NCBI RefSeq assembly: GCF_009914755.1
Contig: NC_060927.1
Strand: one strand, 5' to 3'
From: the human T2T-CHM13v2.0 reference genome, Homo sapiens
DNA: 64,000 nucleotides
Below, in pieces: positions 1-14,429 of the stretch (position 1 is the stretch's first letter; every line of letters starts with the position of its first letter). The translations under genes were made by a program, and so were the position numbers. Below the pieces are notes generated by a model. It was not told where the DNA came from and searched no databases. It worked only from the letters and a program-made list of their open reading frames with translations.

Positions 1-1833
1 AGGCCAATTTTGATTATATCCCTCATTCCTGAAACTAAAATCTCTTGACTCTACAGCATAGAGAGAAATCTTTCATCAAGGAGGTTACAAGAGAGTCTTG
101 GAAACAAGACACAAAAAATGGTTTTGACATCAGACACCCCAACTTTACCACTTACTACTTCCTAAGTATACAATGTCAAGAATTCTCTTTACTCCTATAA
201 ACCTGTATTTCCTCATTTCCAAAATGCAGAGAATAATTCCTTACCCATTCTAAAATATTATCTTGAGAATCAAAAAAACTAAGTTGGTTCAAATACAAAA
301 GAAAAATAAAATGTATGATTATTATACACACAAAATAATTTGTATATGAAAAGGAGATATTAAGTGATGACGGTGAGAGAGAATCAAGAGGCATTATAAG
401 GATCAATGCAGAACTCCAGTGCTTATATAAGGATCAATGAACAATAATTGTAACTAGAGGTATTTCTTGAGTATATTCTTGTGTTAGGCATTGTGTCAGG
501 TATTTTACCTACATTATATCATTTAACATTCTAAATATCACTAAAGTAACTTTTTAAACCCATTTTTGATTAGGCTTAGAGAACATAAAATACTTTTTAA
601 GTTAAAGTACTAACTGGCAGAGGCCAAATAAAGACCTAAATCTGGACCACTGAAACTAGTGCACACTTCTAAGTTAGATGGAAGGCATGAAGCAAACACT
701 TTGGAAATTAAAATTCAGTTATAAAAACCATCACAACACAATTAATTTAGCAACTACATTCCTTTATACATAATTGTGCCGAGTGCATCTAACTCATTAA
801 GATGTAGAATGTTTATGCTGTCATATAATATTATCACATGGTAATAAATGAAGTTGCACTATATCTCTAAACATCTGGATTTCAGAGCCAATTTTACACA
901 TTTAATTCAGCTATTTGGTGTCTTAAACACATAGCAAAAATACACAAGGAAAAAATGATTGTACATCTGGCATCAAGATGGCTCCAAGAATTGGACTGCC
1001 AATGAGGAAGTCAGGTTTTTCTAGCCTATATCCTCTGGAGGATAAATACCCAAAATAGTACTGTTTCCAAAGTAACCAAAATCAAGAAAGGAGACTCCAC
1101 AAAGGAAACAAGAATGAAAAAGACAGGCCTAGCCCTTTTCAAAAGCTGAGCCTTCCCTCCCAGGATCCAAGGTACTTAGGGTTTCTCATACCTGACAACC
1201 TATAAACGAGAAAGAGTATCACTTGTTTGTCCTTCCATTTCTCATTTTCCAGCTTTGGTGCTTATCAGGTTCTCCAGAGGTAGCAAATTTGTAAGACATT
1301 TCATCTATTTAGATTTTCATTTATTCATCCATCCTTTCAGTTACTCAGTGATGACTTCTATCTGCTGAGCCCTGCACTAATGATCCAAAATTCCCAATCT
1401 TCCTGCCTAGGAGAGATAGGGAGAGGTAGGGAATATGGCTTCTCCATTTTCTCCTTTTCCTTTAGTAACCAACCTCTACTGGAATTAATCCTTTGAGTTC
1501 AGCTGGGCCTTGAGATCCAACATGATTTGTTTTAAAAATCAAGGCAACTATTAATGTAAAAACAAAACAATACAAGTATTAGGAGAAAACATGAGAGAAT
1601 TTCTGTACAACTAGATGTGGGGAAAGCCTTTCTAACTATAACTCAAATCCAAATGCAAAAAAAAAAGAAAAAAAAAAGATTGAGAATTTCAATTACCTGA
1701 AATTTTTTAAAATTTGCATAGCAAAAAATACCATAAGCAAAAATAAAAAATTAAGTGCATGATAGGAGAAAATATTTATAAAATATATCACAGATTAAGC
1801 TCCAATCACCCTAATATATATTTTAAAATTCTT

Positions 1834-2128
1834 GGCCAGGCGCAGTGGCTCACGCCTGTACTTCCTAGCACTTTGGGAGGCTGAGGTGGGTGGATCACAA
1901 GGTCAGGAGTTCAAGACCAGCCTGGCCAAGATGGTGAAACCCCATCTCTACTAAAAATACAAAAATCAGCCAGGCACGGTGGCAGGCGCCTGTAATCCCA
2001 GCTACTCAGGAGGCTGAGGCAGAGAATTGCTTGAACCCGGGAGGCGGAGGTTGCAGTGAGCTGAGATCACACCACTGCACTCCAGCCTGAGCAACAGAAC
2101 GAGACTTGGTCTAAAAAAAAAAAAAAAA
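1834..2128 (+). mobile_element. Alu (AluSg-like)
   Basis: GGCCAGGCGCAGTGGCTCACGCC start, dimeric body, poly(A); TSD AAAATTCTT at 1825-1833 and 2129-2137. Confidence 0.97.
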
Positions 2129-2271
2129 AAAATTCTTAAAACCCATTTTTAGAATAAGAAAAATAGAAAAACAAGTAGTTCACAGATGATATAGGAATTG
2201 CCCTTAAACATATGAAAATATGCTTAATTTTACTTATAATAAGAGAAAAGCAAATTAAAACTACACTAAGA

Positions 2272-2405
2272 ATTATAACCATATTACTCTAACATAAGAG
2301 GTTATCAATAGGAGAACCTGGGTGTGGTGTACACAGGAACCCTTTACTATCTTCACAGCTTTTCTGCAAACCGAAAACTCTTCTTAACAAAAAAGTTGAT
2401 CCAAA
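2272..2405 (+). mobile_element. 5'-truncated L1M 3' end nested in an older L1M
   Basis: L1MC/MD-like 3' terminus (TACTATCTTCACAGCTTTTCTGCAAACCGAAAACT...AAAAAAGTT) flanked by diverged TSD AAAACTACACTAAGA / AAAAGTACATTGAGA. Confidence 0.55.
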
Positions 2406-3080
2406 AAAAGTACATTGAGATACTATTTCTTGCCTATGAGATTGTCAAAAGTTGAAAAACTTGACAATATACTCTATTAGCAAACAGAGTGTAGAGCAAC
2501 AGTTCCTCTCAGGCATTGCTAGTTAGAGTGCAAAAGGGTATAACCTGTGTAAAGGGAAATTTGGCATTAGTTAACAAACTATGTGTCTATTTCCTTTTCT
2601 ATCTTTCTACATACCTATCTATATATTTACTTACCAGCAATGTCAGTTACAGCATTCACCCTGAACATACACCTTCAACTGTATGAAAAAACGTGGACAT
2701 AAAATTATTCACTGTAGTGTTATTTCCAGTAAAAAATACTGGAAAGAATCTAAATGCCATCCATAGATACAATCAATAGTAGTCCTTTGTGTGAACAACC
2801 AATATACACATAGAACTACTATTCAACTGTAATAAGGAATGAGGAGGATCTTTATAAAATTATATGAAATAATTGCCAGGATAAAAAAGCAAGGTGAAAG
2901 AGTATACATAGCATGCTAACTTCTGTATAAAAAGGAAGCGTATGTATATTTGCTTCTTTTTATAATGAAGACATGAAGGATAAACCAGAAACTAATGAAA
3001 ATATTTTCAAAGAGCGTGAGTAAAAATGGAGCTGGAAGGGTAGGGATGGAGTGGGACTTTCTTGAACAATTTTTTTTTCT

Positions 3081-3143
3081 AGTTTTGACTTGAACCAGGT
3101 AAGTTTTGACTTGAACCAGGTAAGTTTTGACTTGAACCATGTA
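3081..3143. repeat. 21-bp tandem triplication
   Basis: AGTTTTGACTTGAACCAGGTA x2 followed by AGTTTTGACTTGAACCATGTA. Confidence 0.97.
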
Positions 3144-3569
3144 AAGTTTTACATATTCGAAATAAAAAATTTAAAAAGGATTTATAAAGCAAAACCTAAA
3201 CTTGCATACAGGCAGGACATAAATGGATCTAATGATATATCACATCAACGTAAATAATCACAGAGGAAAAAAATAAATTCAAATAATTTCTGAAGACAGT
3301 ATTCTGAATGTATATCCTTAGTGGAATATTAGGAAAAAAAGAAGTCCAAATAAATCTTGAACTTTACTTAATAGATTGATTGTCAGGAGGGGTATTGATA
3401 TAGTAATTCTGAAACTATTTTCCGTGTACTATAGGATAGAGCAAATGAATCGATACATTAGGATCTCACTGTGGAATAAAGGAGATACAAATATGAAATG
3501 AGGGAAAGTGCGGAAGAATCCTGTGATGTTGAATTTGAATGGTTGAGTTGTACATGGTAACATACATGC

Positions 3570-3622
3570 ATCTACCTATCTGTCTACTTATCTACCTATC
3601 TAATCTATCTAATCTACCTATC
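3570..3622. repeat. Degenerate (TCTA/CCTA)n microsatellite
   Basis: ATCTACCTATCTGTCTACTTATCTACCTATCTAATCTATCT... Confidence 0.75.
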
Positions 3623-4964
3623 GCCTAGCGGCAATGGCACCCCAGTAGCAATGAACCCACCTAGCGGCCAAAACTTTCTTTCTAAATTCCATTCTCCAGT
3701 AAAGGGAGACAGGGCTTGACTGATTCTTGATTGGGGTAGGGAAAATGTAAGGTAAGGTTGATACATCTTTTTTTACTCCAGGACATACTCAAAGACTGAT
3801 GGAGATATGTCAAAACGACATAGGAACTAGCATCAGGGGATCCCACTGGCTAAATGACAGACAATTTGAGCCTCACAAAAGAATAAGGAGCTAAGTATAG
3901 TTATATCATTTTGTGGAACTTCATTGAGCTGTGTGCTTATAATTTGTGTATTTTTTTGTAGGTATGCTATATTTCAATATGAAATGTAGTGTCTTTTTTT
4001 AAGAAAGCTGTGATACAAGCAGCAAATAAGACATATAATTTACTTTAGCAGAAAGGAAGACCGTGCTCTATGAATAAATTGTTCTGATTACACTGATGGT
4101 CATCCATCCTACTATGGAAACAGAGGTGGAGACCTCTTTTGGTAAGAAACAACGTCAGCCCAGAAATGTATAATAATACAAAGAGAAAAACATCATTAGG
4201 CACAAATCATCGATGGACAATAGAACCCATGAGTGAAAGGTTCTTGGGACACAAAATAGTTACCCAGTCTCAAAGTATCACCCCACAGATACTAATTTCA
4301 AGGCAAAACAAAACACAAAACAAAAAAAAACCTTAAAAATGGAGTGACCTGAAGAATATCCAAGATGAAACAGCATCACCAAAACTGGCACAAACAAATT
4401 ATATGACTCTGCTGTGATCCACTGTGAAGCAGGCAACATTACCTAGATAGTACTTTGGCCTACAATGAGGAACAATTGGACAGATCCACATTGTGTGGTA
4501 TTCCACAATCACTGGGTCGGAATCTTCAAAAATACAGACTCATGAAAGAGAAATAAAAGGCAGGAGAATATTCTAGATTAAGAGGGTCCAAAGAGACAAA
4601 ATAACTAAGTGAAATGTGTAATCCTTGATTGTATTCTAAAAAGAAAATGGAAATAAGGAAAAAGAGACATTACAAGGTATGAGGGACATTAATGGAAACA
4701 TTTGAATATATTAGATTACATATCAATGTTAAATTTCATGTGGAGAGTGATAACAGTATTATGATTACATATTCATCTTAGGAGGTATAAGGTGAAATGT
4801 CAGGGGGTAATATGATATCTATGACTGAAATGCAAATGATTTTTTAAAGTATAATAAATGAGAGAAAAAAAGCCAATGAACAATTACAACAAAATGTTAA
4901 TAACTGGATCCTCAAGGGGGAAGAGTAATTGGGATAGACTGTACAAAAATTAATCAAAGATAAC

Positions 4965-5200
4965 TAGCATATTTTGAATGCTCACTGTTGTCAGGCCCTA
5001 TTTAGAGAGGTTTGCAATACTAACTCATTTAATCCTTGCAATAACTCTATGTGATTGATACCACATATATCCATTTTACAGACAAAATGGAAACCTATAG
5101 AAGTAAAATAACTTGCCCAGGCTAGTAAGTGGAGTAGCTGGAATTTGAAGTTAATAAATTTAGAGTCAAAGTTTATTATCATATCCACAATACTACTCTG
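4965..5200 (-). mobile_element. MIR
   Basis: MIR core in antisense: AACTCATTTAATCCTTGCAATAACTCTATG...CCATTTTACAGACAAAATGGAAACCT...AACTTGCCCAGG. Confidence 0.75.
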
Positions 5201-6263
5201 CCCTTCAAATAAATAAGTCTGTTTAGAGGAGCAAACACATTAATCACACCAATCTTATGATTACATGCAACTGATATCTCCTGTGTGCCTAATGCAGAAT
5301 TCTGGAGGGTTCAATTGGTTCCAATTAGTTCTTTTTCCTGTACCAGAAAAGAAGATCAGCAATAACTGGAATTCTGGGGTGGCATGGAGTGGGGGTGTTA
5401 AATTTTACAAACACAGCATCCAAAAATAGTATGTTCAGTCATGAGTATTATCTTTAAAATAGAGAATATAAAGAAAGTCTGAAGATCAACATTTAAATCA
5501 AAGAAAAAAGAACAAAAGTACAGGTGCTTTGAGGTTTAGACTATGCTGAAAATGCCATTATAGAGCAGTCCATTTCCTCAGTAGGTAGCCCCAAAAGACC
5601 CCTGACACAGTAGAAATTATATCATTATACAATTAATCAGTTTTCTTTCACAATGGCACAATGGGGTGCCCTCTTTAACTCAACAGAGTAACCAGCTCAC
5701 CAACAGTATCTAGAAAAGAGGAAAGTCACAGAATGGAAAAATAGACACAAAAAGCTATGGAGAAGAGAGACTGAAACAGACAAAGGCGGTTGTACTATAA
5801 AAGAAAGCGAGAAATGGAAAGGGAAATGTCAGCAATCTAAGGTTAAAAGAGAAAAGATCAGGATATAAAAAGATGTAGAAGTCTCTTATGAAAAAAAAAA
5901 AAAAAAGGGAGGGGACCAGTGAAGAGATAGAAATCATGACCAGAGTCGAAGCTTGAAAACGCAGGGCAACACACAAAGAGAAGCTGTAATAGCAGAGCCA
6001 TTCACTCAATCATTCATTTCACTCATTCATTTAATGCCTAACATATGAAGGGTACTTTGTGGAGCTTTGAGAGACACAAAAATGACTAAGACAGGACCCC
6101 TGCCCTCAAAGAGCCCAGCTGTTCCAAATATTCTCATTTTGGTATGCTCCAATTTTTAATGTAATTTTAATTATTGTTGTCACACCTTAGCTAATATTTT
6201 CATACTCAACATGTACTTCCAGAAATTGCAGCAACTATACCATCTATAAAAGAGGGTAATCTT

Positions 6264-6702
<439 letters not shown>

Positions 6703-7229
6703 CTATACTTTTTTTGGATACAGCACACTCCACATCATTCTATTTTATTTTTATCATCCCATTCCAGAGAGGAGGCAAAGGACAAGGAAGTCTAAAGGAT
6801 GTGGAAAGACAAATAAGGAAGTTAAAAAACAGGTTTTCATTTTCTTTACAATTTCCCAGAGGGCTTCTATGACAAAAAGCTGTACTGAACAACGGAATGC
6901 GTATTTGTCATAGAGTAGCTGAGAGTGAATTCTAGGTAAACATACAAGGGAGAGGCTCCTAGACAGATACCATTGCCTAGTACCTTTCATTTAAAAGATA
7001 CCTAGTGATATATGACTTGGGAAAACCAGAAATTGACCTCCCAGCCTGCCTCAGTATATGGTCTTTGCTCTTACCAAGGTTGGCTTGCTCCCTGAAAAGA
7101 CCTGAAAATTCAAGTTTGAAAAGGTGTTTCATATACCTAATTTAGAACACACCCCTCCTAGATCTATAAGAGTAGGTGAGAAGCATAGAAATGAACACCT
7201 ATTATTTTGAATGCTCATCTTCTGATTCC

Positions 7230-8150
<921 letters not shown>

Positions 8151-8546
8151 GAAACCGGAGATTTTAAAGATAGAAATAAAGTCATGGCTCGTAACTTGCT
8201 GGCAGGAAAAAATGAGAACCAATGCTGTTTTTGACTTTCAGAGTATCTATCATAAGCTATCATTTTGTTTTTGTCCGCATTTCAGTATGTGGTTTAAAAG
8301 GAAGTTCCAACATCATATTTGTAACTAGTTATAAGGAACCGGCAGGGAACAGCCTCCAGACATTTTTCAAATATATTTTTCCTTTAACTGGCTATAAAGG
8401 ACAATAAGGATTAAGTTGGCACCACAAAAAGTCGCATTTAATGATACCCTTTTGTGTGTTACCCATTTACCAAACATGGATTTTTATTTCTGCATTCTAT
8501 AGAATACTTATTCGCCACTGAGAGTTCCATTTAAATTCTTTGCATG

Positions 8547-8547
<1 letters not shown>

Positions 8548-8579
<32 letters not shown>

Positions 8580-8615
8580 CCACCACCACTACCACCACCA
8601 TCATTTTCATCATCA
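8548..8615. repeat. (CA)n microsatellite followed by (CCA)n/(CAT)n
   Basis: About 14 CA units, then CACCACCACTACCACCACCATCAT. Confidence 0.95.
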
Positions 8616-9215
8616 TGTGATTTCAGAAGAGCAGTCATGTCTACAGTAAAGGTATTTGAGAGCTAAACAAAGCCTCCTGGCTAGAGATCCTGGTATCTTC
8701 CTTTAAACCCAGATCATTCATGGTATGGGTTCCCTGCAGAGCACTGGTTGTGGCCCCACCAAGCACTGCCATTTCCAGCACTGTCAGTTTCTTTAACCTT
8801 CAAGAGAACACAGAAGAGTCATTCAAAGCCAGCAAGTGAAGAGATGTCCTGGCAGTCTAATTTCAAACAGGCCTCATACCAGAGTCTTTTTTATGGTTTT
8901 TAAAAGAAGTATTTTATGCTGCTCTGATGAAAACCTCTAACAGTAGTAGCTTCTGTCTGACAAATACCATAGAGAATGAAACAATAAGTCTGAAGCAAAG
9001 GGAGGGGGTAAAATTATTTTTGTTTCAATAGCCAACACACAATGAAAACAAGAAACTATAGAGGTTTAAAGAATAACCGATATTTATTCTGGTAAAGACT
9101 TTTCTCATATCAGCACTTTACCACTGTAAGATGCTGACAATAATTATGTGAATGTTGCTATAAAAAAATTAAATCTCCCATCTCATGGGTTTAAAGGTGT
9201 TTCCGCCTCTGCCTT

Positions 9216-9260
9216 ACACACACACACACATACACACACACACACACACGTACACACACA
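9216..9260. repeat. Interrupted (CA)n microsatellite
   Basis: ACACACACACACACATACACACACACACACACACGTACACACACA. Confidence 0.95.
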
Positions 9261-9639
9261 TATTTCAGGTACCTCTGTCAGGATCTCCCAACTCAATTAT
9301 ACTGCATGGAGGAAAAATATGTATACTACTACTACTAGAATAAGAATAAACTAGTAAACAAACAAATAGAATACAATGTAAGCTGCAGTACATGTAATCT
9401 GAAGGCCTGAAGCTCATGTGTGCTAGGTTTTTGATTGAGCAGTGGTGGGGGTAAACGTGGCACAGCAGTTATCAGCCTGGACTGTGGAATCCGATCATAC
9501 CGGGAAATGAATCCTGGCTTACTCATTGAGTAACCTGGTAACTGAACCTCCCTGAGGCCCAGGTTATTCATCAACAAACTGATGTCAGTTATCCCATGGG
9601 GTTATTATAGGGACTAAGTGAGAAAATGTTATATAAAGG

Positions 9640-10191
9640 TGAGGAGTGGCAGAATATGCCACCCCAAAATATGCCACTTTGGCATGAGGATTATTTTGAG
9701 CTGAAGGCAGTTGAGAAGAAGCAGATATGAGAGAAGCTCTCTGTCTTCCCCCTATTTGCCACAAAACAGGATATAAATTTATAAAGGTGCCCTCCCCACC
9801 TATCAGGAAAGAAAAAGTTAATCATCAGAGATAACTCTAGATATTCACTAGCCAGAAGAGACACCAGAGGAATCTATGTAACAAGCTTTACTAACTAGCC
9901 CTTCCATTAGTTCCCCCATATATTTACCTTCTCACAATCTGCAGAAACTCAAAGTCCTTTCCTTTGTCTTACCATTTCTCTAAAAATTTATTGCTCTTTT
10001 TTAAAAAGCTATATAAGGTCACATTTTAATCACCCCTTTGAGTCACTCATCACTGGGTACTTCCATGTGTATGTGCAAGTACATGTTAATAAACTTCTGT
10101 TTTTTCTTATGTTAATCTGTCATTTTTCACTCTACTTTAGAGGGCCACAGCTGGAGAACCTAGGAGGGTAGAGGGAAATAGATTTAGTACA
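9640..10191 (+). mobile_element. Solo ERV1 LTR, MER34/MER39-like, inserted into a MIR
   Basis: TG...CA termini; CAGAATATGCCACCCCAAAATATGCCACTTTGGCAT 5' motif; TATATAA and AATAAA internally; MIR sequence resumes on both sides. Confidence 0.8.
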
Positions 10192-10543
10192 AAGAGCTTA
10201 GTGCAGAGCCTGTTTCACAATGAAGCACTCTGTAGGTGAAAGCATTGCCATGATTAATGATTGCCACAAAGCATCCATGTTGGTTAAACAGACACCATGC
10301 CTAAGGGCATATAATGACTCTGAGGAAAGCTAGACTTGAAGAAAACACGACTTGCCCAGCCAAGTACCTTGGTCAAAACACATATTTGTTTGACTCTATA
10401 GTGTTGAGACTTGAGTATCTAATATACAGATGAATGAGCCAGTACAGAATTTGAAATTTCAACAAAAAGGCAAGTATAATCTGCCTGATAGTAATAAGCA
10501 ACTTGTAAATCTTTGAATGGATGGGCTTGCCTGTTTTCACCCA

Positions 10544-10703
10544 TGCTACTCAAACTGTGAACCACAGAACAGAACATCAGTTTCACCTGGGGACTTCATA
10601 GAAATGCTGAGTCTTAGGTCTCACCCTAGACCTTCTGTATTCCAGAATTATAATAAGATCTCCAGATGATTTGTAGGCATATTAAAGTCTGAAAAGCACT
10701 GCT
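10544..10703. mobile_element. MER5A-like hAT MITE
   Basis: CTACTCAAACTGTG...CATCAGTTTCACCTGGG...AGAAATGC...ATTAAAGTCTGAAAAGCACTG. Confidence 0.75.
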
Positions 10704-10746
10704 GTGGACCACAAAATTTAATGTACTGCTTATCCCACTTTGGGTG

Positions 10747-11282
10747 TGTTTCTGTGATCTTTACAACTTAATAAACCACCCCCAAAAGTTAGTGACTTTA
10801 AACAACAATTTATTTGTCCTGCTTCTTCAATATTGGCAGGGCTCAGTGAGACGGCTCATCTCTGCTCCATATGGTGTTGACTGGGGTAGTTCAACACAGA
10901 CTGCAAGATGCAAGCTGGCTTCCCTTCATTCACATGCCCTTGGCTGACCTGGCTGGGACAGTTGGGGGCTGGCTGGGCCTCTCTCCATGTCTTTGTTGTT
11001 CTTCAGGACCTCTTTCCAAATGGAGTGGTCTCTCTCCTGCAGCATGATCAGACTTCTTTAAGTGATGGCACCAGGCTCCAAGACAGTGAAGTCAGCCATC
11101 TTAAAGTCTAAATCTGGAACTGGCACTGTGCATTTCTGCCATTTTCTGTTGATCGAATTGAGTCAAAAGGCAAACAAATGTCAAGGGGAGAAAAAAGACT
11201 TTATTTCTTGACGGGAGAAGAGGTCTGCACAGACAGTGTGGAAGGATTTGTTAGCAACAGTTTTTGCAGACAAGCTACCACA
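10747..11282 (-). mobile_element. MLT1 (F/G/H-type) solo LTR
   Basis: AAACCACCCCCAAAAGTTAGTGACTTTAAACAAC...GGGCTCAG...CTCTGCTCCA; ends CTACCACA, the reverse complement of the MLT1 start TGTGGTAG. Confidence 0.75.
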
Positions 11283-13029
11283 GAGTATCTGTTACTTTTC
11301 ACTTTCTTCATCTCTCTGTTCTCCTGATTGGTCAAACAGCCACTTCATTTCAATTACACAACTATATGCGAGGTCCCATTGGGAGCATAAGGAATTTTAA
11401 GACATGATATCTCCCATCAAGGAGCTTGTTATAATACAATTGGTAAAATAAGGAATACATATCTTGAAATTTTAATAACAATAAAATACTGTAATAATAA
11501 AATATTTAAGTAGCAGTGCCAGATAATAACAGAAATGATGTCCTAAGGCCATGAACCATTTATTTAATTAATCGTGCACACAATAACCATCCTGAGTGTT
11601 CAGAAGAGAGAATGGAAGGGGAGGAGAATGGCCATGGAAGGACGGTTGTGCAGTGAGTAAGACTTGCATAGGAAAATGAGTAAGGTTTTCAAAAAAAAAA
11701 AAGGTCCAATGAAATACACACAAAGGATACAACAGAATCAAGGAGCCAAGGGAATGGGGTCATAGGGACACAAGGCCATGAATGAGTATCTGCATGTTCT
11801 TCAATGATGATTATCAATTCAATGTTCCTGAAAGAATTTCCTGCCTCATAACGTCCACCTTTACTTCTCCCTTTAGATATGTTCATAAGCTATTTGTGGA
11901 ATCCCCACCAGCAATATAACCTTGTATTAATAATGAAGGGTTTTTATGAACCTTATAAATTTTACTATACCTTGTAGAGAGGGTGGGGGAACAAACAAAC
12001 AGAAATGTAGGCATTGCCAAATGGCAACTTGTAAACTTCACTATTCATTGTGTAGGAACTAACACTTTTGGTATTGTTAAGTAGCCTTGTAAATTTCACT
12101 CTCCCTTAGAAAATAAAAATGGAATGAAAGGTGCTGCTTAGAAGAAACGTATAAATTTCAATCTCCACTGCAGGAAAATAAGCTCTGATTACACTACATA
12201 GTTCATACACCTCAATGTTCCGAACACTTGTTTTTTTACAGATTCATGTATAATGACTTGGTTTTCCAACAACAGAGAATGAAATTTACAAGTTGTTATT
12301 TAACTTTTTTAGGAGTGTATTTTTCTTCCATGTCTTTTTTTTCTTCTTTGCCCCTACTCACGCCAGAAACCTAATATGAGCAATGGGATTTCTGAATAGT
12401 ACCATACATTAATTCCTTCAATAACAATGATTAAAACATTTTAAACATTGTTCTCAGGGCCTCCTGATACCACATATAAAAGTGGGGAATGACACAGCTT
12501 TTGGCCACACAGTTCAAAAAATTGCTCTTTACCTTGTTGGGGAAGAAGAGGGCTTATTAAAAGTTTATAATAAGCAGTATTACTAGTATTTAACTTCTAT
12601 TTGTTGTTGAAAAGAACTGAGCCTATAATTTCAGAGGCTTCCGAGCATTTTCATAAATATACCCATTAGATATTCAATAGCCAGTGGATTTGAATGATTT
12701 TGCCATTTATTCGAACAGATAGCTGTCCTGGACAGGAAGGATAGAAGCATTGGAAGAAAGTGTTAGAACTACATTTCCATAAAGTCATGACAAGAAATAA
12801 AGAAAGAAGGGGAGTCACCACCTCAATACTAGAAGTGTCAGCACAATGATATCCTCATAAAAGGTGTTCTAAAAGAAACTTTTAGGTGTTCTAAAATAAA
12901 GTTATAAATGCCATACCAAGAAATACTGTCAAAACAAAAGTCAAGTACAATACAGCCCAGAAAGAACCAAATACATCTTTACATCAGGGAGTAAAAATAT
13001 ACATAGATATAATATCCACAATTGTCTTA

Positions 13030-13560
13030 ATTTATAGCTTTTAAATAGATAATATACATACAAAGTGAAAAATTGAAACCACACCAAAGTACGTTGAAAA
13101 ATGTCTTCCCACTCATGCTGTTAATGATCTCTGTACCCTCTTCAACATATGCATATGTGAACATATACACACATTTTAAATTTCCATGACTACACATAAT
13201 GGCATATTCTAACCCATTTTTCACTTAAAAATGTCATAGAGATGGTTCTGTATAGACCCATTTTTGTGATGGTCTAATTTTATTACAAAGATTATAAAGT
13301 ATAGATATTCCATAATTTATTTACAGATTCTCCTATTGCTTGGACACTTAAGCTGTTTTTAATCATTTGTTGTTAAATGCAATGCCATGGCGAATATTTT
13401 TGTACATAGAATTTTGTGCACCTGCATGACTATAGTTCTAAAATAAATTACTAGAAATGGAACTGCTAGGTCAAAAGGTATATATGCATTCTATTTTGAT
13501 AGTTAGAGCCAAATAGCTTTCCAAAGACAATATAACAATTCATGCTTCTATTCATGATAC
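13030..13560 (-). mobile_element. L1ME fragment
   Basis: CCATAATTTATTTAC...TGGACACTTAAGCTGTTT...TAGAAATGGAACTGCTAGGTCAAAAGGTAT, typical antisense L1M. Confidence 0.7.
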
Positions 13561-14429
13561 CAATACATCTTGCATTGAAGGAATTCCAAAACAACCAAAA
13601 GTTCATCATTTTTCTGCCAACTGATCCTTTCTCTCTTAAAAAGAGTCGGGGTAAAAATCACCCATTTTTGCTTATAACCATAGGCAGTTATAATCATTAT
13701 TGCCCAAGATTCAAGGCCATTTCATTACCCACTGCATCACCATCCTCACTGTGGTATAATTCTAACTGGTCAGAGAGACCTTTAATTTGCAGACCTTCTC
13801 AGAAGACAGATTATCTGCATTCTGCAGACATCTGCAGAAAGCCATCCACAAGTGCATATTTCATGGCTGAATATTTTTACATAACATCAGCTGGAACCCA
13901 TCGTTCCAGCATTCTCGCCAAGTGTCACAACCTGCTCTATTATATCAATAAGCAGTTTCAATTAGTCATTTTCTTCCCATGGTGACGACAGCTATAATAG
14001 CATGCAGTAGTCTGATGAAGTTTGTAATATAAAGTGGAGATGGGAGTATTAAAAGGAAGAGAATACAGAATTAGAATCGCATAAAAAAATCCATCTCCCA
14101 AATAGTCATTTGGGGAAATGACAACATTTTTGAAACAGTGTTCAAGAATGAATACAAAAATGCAATTACTTTTGAAAAGTCAGATAAATAAATTTGCCAT
14201 GGGAACACATTCTTGCCCCAGATAGAACCCTAGTTTTTACTGGCTAATTAGTCATTAAGCACCATCTCAAAAACAACTGTATATGAAAGAATATTGGGTA
14301 AATAGAAATAAAACTTAAGGCTTAACAGAATTGTAAAATGAAAATAAATGCCAACAGAGAATACTACTTTGAAAGCATTGGATAGTAGTAAATAAATTAG
14401 AAGGAATGACACAGTTGCTCTGCCCTCAA

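Larger units (their letters stand above)
1530..4950 (+). mobile_element. Old L1M (L1MC/MD/ME-type) 3' ORF2 and 3' UTR fragments, interrupted by younger insertions
   Basis: Degraded L1-like segments such as GCAAATTAAAACTACAC and AGTTTTGACTTGAACCATGTAAAG, with A-rich sense strand; boundaries approximate. Confidence 0.6.

Noticed and set aside
395-439. 14-bp direct repeat TATAAGGATCAATG with a 17-nt spacer (similar short imperfect duplications near 12862 and 37748)
   Set aside because: Ordinary small local duplications with no further structure.
2916-3140. ORF beginning with repeated VQVKTYL peptides
   Set aside because: Produced by the 21-bp tandem triplication; not a gene.
13542-13985. 147-aa + strand ORF, the longest outside young repeats
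   Set aside because: Starts inside an antisense L1ME fragment, shows no recognisable domain or splice context, and is consistent with a chance ORF.
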